DNA of 64,000 bases from Paraspadella gotoi (lineage: Eukaryota; Animalia; Chaetognatha), in NCBI GenBank assembly GCA_051294375.1, contig CM119263.1, positions 10,934,703-10,998,702 on the forward strand. Reading direction: 5' to 3'. A program made the position numbers and the translations under genes. This document shows, piece by piece, positions 59,640-64,000 of this stretch (position 1 is its first letter; each line of letters begins with the position of its first letter). The notes under the pieces were generated by a model. That model ran no database searches. It worked only from the letters and a program-made list of their open reading frames with translations, and was not told the DNA's origin.

Positions 59640-59978
59640 CGGAGGTTCTGATAAAAATATTTTAAAATATCACAACTATCAAAAGTGGTAGAGGGGGAGG
59701 AGGAAGGTAAAGCCAGAGGGGGATTGTGCAGCGCCGAGACGTTTCTTCAGGCATTAAGTGATTACGATAAAACTGTAAACATTTTATTAAATATTCGTAT
59801 AAAATTTATTTCGATCCACCGAATAATATGAAGCGCGGACGAGCACGGGAAAAGAAATTACGTCTGGACAATAAAATAATAAAAACCATCTCCACCAATG
59901 ACTACGAGGAACGGGAAATATTTTATGTCTAAAAAACTATAGCTTATCACCGTTCGGCGTTTAAATTTTTATGAGGAA

Positions 59979-62900
59979 TTACGACGAAGGGGTGGACCCG
60001 AAATTCCGAAAGGCCCCATAAGATTCCGTGACTTTCTTCGCCTGAAAAGCGGCCATCCTTGACGTAAGGTCAGTTTCCCTCTCCAAAAACTTGGTGAGAC
60101 TTTGATCGGACAAGAAGGAGGCGAGGATTTGTTCAAACGAGATGCGCCAATCGGAGTCATCATTGGCGTCGGCGGAGGATCGATCCGCGTTGAGAAGAGT
60201 CTCCGCGAGGTCGACCTCGTCCCGCTGAGACACGAGGCGATTGAGGCTTCGATTGGCGGCCGAAGCGCGGTTTATGTCCTCCGCGTCGTCGCGATACCAG
60301 TCACCGATCATTCGAAGGTCATGAGATTTCATTTGTTCTTGGCTTTTCGATTCGAATCCCTGGATTTCTTTATTTTTGAGACCTCCTTCACACTTTATGT
60401 GGGCGTCATCCTCATCTTTAGTGGATCTATCAACAATGGCCAAAGAATCGTCTCCCTCGCCCATCATAGCACCTTCCTGCCCGCAGGAAGCGCCTTGAGC
60501 GTGTTCGGTTTCCTTCACTTTCTTTCCTAGGTCCCCGATACGGAAAAGCACGGCGCCGACCCGGGAGATGGAAGCATATAGCGCCTGTCCTTCGTCATCC
60601 TCAACGTTGTCGCCGGTCATGGTTAAATCATAGAGCGTCTTGAGAAGCTCAATGAAGGCCTTTTGTTTCAGCGGCGGCAGAGCATGAATAGAGTCGTCGG
60701 AGCGGACACCCGGTCTGCCGATTGATTCGCCGTTGGCCCACGAGAGAGAGGCAGGTCGCCGACGACAGCGTCGGCGAACGGTTCGATATTCCTCTGGATC
60801 CTTATAGACGCGAGCAAGAGTTTCATCGGCAGAGGCGTCTGAAACTGGGGTGATGACGGAAGTCGGTTCGAGGATCACGATATCCGGAATATCCTCAGCG
60901 CAGAGTGACGACAAAGGCGGAAAAGTCTGCTCCAAATCATTCAGGTCGTTTTCGTTTTCCAAAGCCGATGAGCTCGATCGCGCCTGATCACCGTCGCTTT
61001 CGTCAATCTCCAGTCCCTCGTCCGCTTCTCCCGCCTCTTCGGCGATCTCCGTCTGATCGCTTCTCGACGGCGAGACAGAGCCTACAAAGCCATCGAAAAC
61101 TTCCGCATCTTCGGTCAGGGCATGCGCCTCATACAAAAGGCGGAGTTTATCGGGGACGTCTCCGCGCGTCATGACCCCAACGGCGACGGCGAATTCGCGA
61201 AAAGTCACGAAACCGTCGACGTCATCGTCTAAGAGGTGAAAAAGGCGACGCACGATCGGCGATGTCGATTGGCGCGGACGTTGAAAGACTGAGCCGATTT
61301 CGTCGAGCTCCTTGTCCCAAGTCGTAAGGGCGGCGAGGAGAACCCCGAATCGTTCCAGGTCGACTCGATAAGTCTCACTGGCCAAAGAGTTGGGGTCTTG
61401 CTTCTCCAGAGGATCGCTCGGCGACACTTGTCCCCACGAACAGCAGAGGAGATACTGAGCTCGAAATATTGAGAATAAGCCACCGAGTTCGGCGTCGTCA
61501 AGGATCGTTTCGGGGCCGACTTCACGAAGAACAGACTTCATGACGGCGTCCTCTATATTCTGCACGACACGAAGGCGGTGCTTAATGCGGAGACGCTCGA
61601 TTTGCATTTCTTCGAGAGTTCCGAAGTTGACGTAAGAGTCGTGGATGAGACGCTGAACACTGACGGGCGGCGGAAACGCGGAAGGAGGGATCGACAGAGA
61701 CGGAGAATGCATAAAATTGAAGGCTTTGGTGGTGGAGGGATCTTCATTCGGTGAATCCAACACGCTGGGATTTACGATGTCGAAATCTCTCGTAGAGTCA
61801 GAGATGTGAACTCGCTCCAAATATCGCCCGAGAATCGTCATGGCCTCGCCGTCGTCTTTCGCGACCAAAAGCGCCGACGTGTTTTTCTCTAGCACAGTCA
61901 ATGCCACTTGAAACACAACCTTTGGTCCATCATAAAAGAAAGCGTCTATGACGTTGACTGCCGAGTTGAAAGGCATGGCTGACAAAAAGATGGTGAGAAA
62001 CCAAGACAAAGACACAATAGAAAGAACTCCAAGATCCGTCAGCTTGGTCCACAGGTCGGGTAAAAGCTCATGGGTAAGCTCTTCGAAGACTGACTGATCA
62101 ACGAGCGCTCCAACAACTTTGGTGTTGTAGTAGTCAGGAAGCAGGCGCTCGCAAATGGCAACGAGGAGCCAAAAAGCCTCCTCCTCGTCGGCATAGAGCA
62201 GCAGAACCGAAGTGACAATGTTCATTGCCTGGCAGTAACCTATATTAGGGTTTCGCCAGGCGTATGCCGTCAGCACCCTACGCAGCGCCGCAATGCCAAC
62301 GTCAGATTGAAACGCCGGATGTTCGGGCAGCGAGCGGTGAAGATCGCGCTCGATCTCGTCGGCGGCCAAGGTAGCACGACCCATGGAAGCGGCCACGGCA
62401 GCCCTATAATAGCCTGGATGTGTGGCGAGCTCATTTACGGCGCCGCTGTAAAGCATCCACAGTTCCCCGCGAAGCTTCTCCGGAAGCCCCTCTAGAATCA
62501 ATTCTCGACCTTCGGGCGTCCGGTACATGCAAACGCCGCGACCGAACTCTCTGAAATGGTCCTCCCAGCGATGTTGGAGGATAACGCTGCGAGGAGATGC
62601 CGGCGGGGAAGATGGAGGTGGGTTCGTAGGGGGAGGGGGAGAAACGGGAGATGTGGCTGAGGCGGTGGAAAAGTCAAGGAGAAAGAGCGGAGGTTGTATG
62701 AAGATGGAAGAAGAAGAGGAGGGAAGGTCGTAGAGCGTGGACGTCGTCGAGGTCGACTCGCTGCGTTCTTCGTCTTTGGCGTCGTCCAGAGAGGAAAGGG
62801 ATGTCCCTCGACAATCTGATTTAGAAATGGAGAGGCGCTGCAAATCAAAACCACCGCCTTCTTCGTCCATTTCAGAGCTGCGGCCTAACATCCTGGTTAT

Positions 62901-63992
62901 TCGGTCAAGCACGATATGCCGATCTTTAATTCTTCCAAAGAGAATATTCGAAGTGCCCAAAACGGGAGAATCATCCACAGGAAAACCGCAGCGGGAAACT
63001 GATCGCCCCTAAAAAGCAAAGCTTCCATATTATTAAAAATCAACTCGTAAAAAACTCGCTCGTGTCAACGGGTCATAATTGTAAGGGCATAGTCTAAAAG
63101 CTTTTTTACCTTGGTTGTCACTAACAAAGCCTTTTCGCTCAGTCGGTCATCTTTTTTTTCCACGACGCTGACTTCTCGCAATGGAACAACGAGACGAACC
63201 AAATCCGGAACCCGGGACGAGAAACAGAGATAATTATGAGACACGTACATCATCCCCCAAACGTGCTGCTTGTTGTAAGGCGTCCAAAGCGTACATTCCA
63301 GGTCTCCGTCAAGCTTTTCTTTGGTCGGTAGCCGAAATTCCATGCGGTATCGCTCGCTCCTGGCGCGGGCGTCGAGGTCTCGCTTCAGAAGGGACGAATT
63401 ACGGCCTCTGGCCTTACTTCCGTTGGGCAAGGAGCGATCGATCTGGAAGCTTTCTTCGGAAAGGATGTGCCGCATGGCCATAGTGGCCAGCTGCTCCATG
63501 AGTGCAAAGCACTCGTCGGTCTTCATGATCACTGAGAAGAGATAGGGCGAGTCCGGTTCCTGTCGCGTGCGTATGCTGATGGTGTCGACGAAGATGCCAA
63601 GCGAAGAGGGTTGACGTTCAACGGTCGTCACGTCCGTCCAACGCAGCGCCGCCTTAATCTCCTTGCCCAAAATGAATGAGTAGAAACAGACGTGATGTAC
63701 GGAGAGGTAAAGCCACCCCTGGCGCGGGATGCGACTCTTCCAGTAGGAGCAAGCGTAGTAATTGACGAGTCGTTCCTCAGCCGGCATTGCGAAGCGGCGG
63801 CGGAACTCGACGCTTTTCGACCGAAAATGGCGAGCTTCTTCTTCTTCCTCCTCGTCTACCCCGTCGTCGCGAATGGCACCACCGGAAGCCACGCCCATTT
63901 TGCGGCGGCGGCGGCGACTAAGGTCGGTCTCGTCGTCGGGTTTTCCCCACGAATTCGATCGTCGATTCGCAACCAAGGATTCGATCTTACAT
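59979..63992 (-). CDS. TBC1D9: TBC1D9/TBC1D8-family Rab GAP, 5'-partial; exons ~63110-63992 and 59979-~63009
   Basis: Two GRAM domains (ERLVNYYACSYW; EKLDGDLECTLWTPY), a TBC domain with IERDLHRS and YCQAM fingers, ERLLPDYY, and an EF-hand-like LDDDVDGFVTFREF. An acceptor at ~63993 shows the gene continues beyond the window. Confidence 0.93.
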
Positions 63993-64000
63993 CTAAACGA

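Overview
This is eukaryotic, most likely compact invertebrate-animal, genomic DNA. It has GC-richer exons and short AT-rich GT-AG introns, and no bacterial-type features (rRNA, CRISPR, IS). About 15 genes can be reconstructed by hand. Eleven consecutive + strand genes run from 4.7 to 46 kb: EIF2B3, GON4L-like, PI4K2, SPSB3-like, POC5, ADH5, LMBRD1, MCTP, an unrecognised protein, a hidden 115-aa three-exon gene and TMEM127. They converge on four consecutive - strand genes: TBC1D9 (partial), PCBD, SCYL1 and KIF18. Several stop-to-start gaps are only about 125-245 nt and contain a poly(A)-like hexamer followed by an unpaired splice acceptor, which suggests polycistronic operons resolved by spliced-leader trans-splicing. 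Other highlights are a tandem pair of 132-nt mutually exclusive exons in the PI4K2 kinase domain, two acceptors in front of alternative PCBD start codons, a minimal hammerhead-ribozyme-like motif in a SCYL1 intron, frequent AAG acceptors, and several MITE, SINE and Helentron-like repeats. All exon boundaries and gene identities come from manual reading and recalled family motifs; no database search was run.
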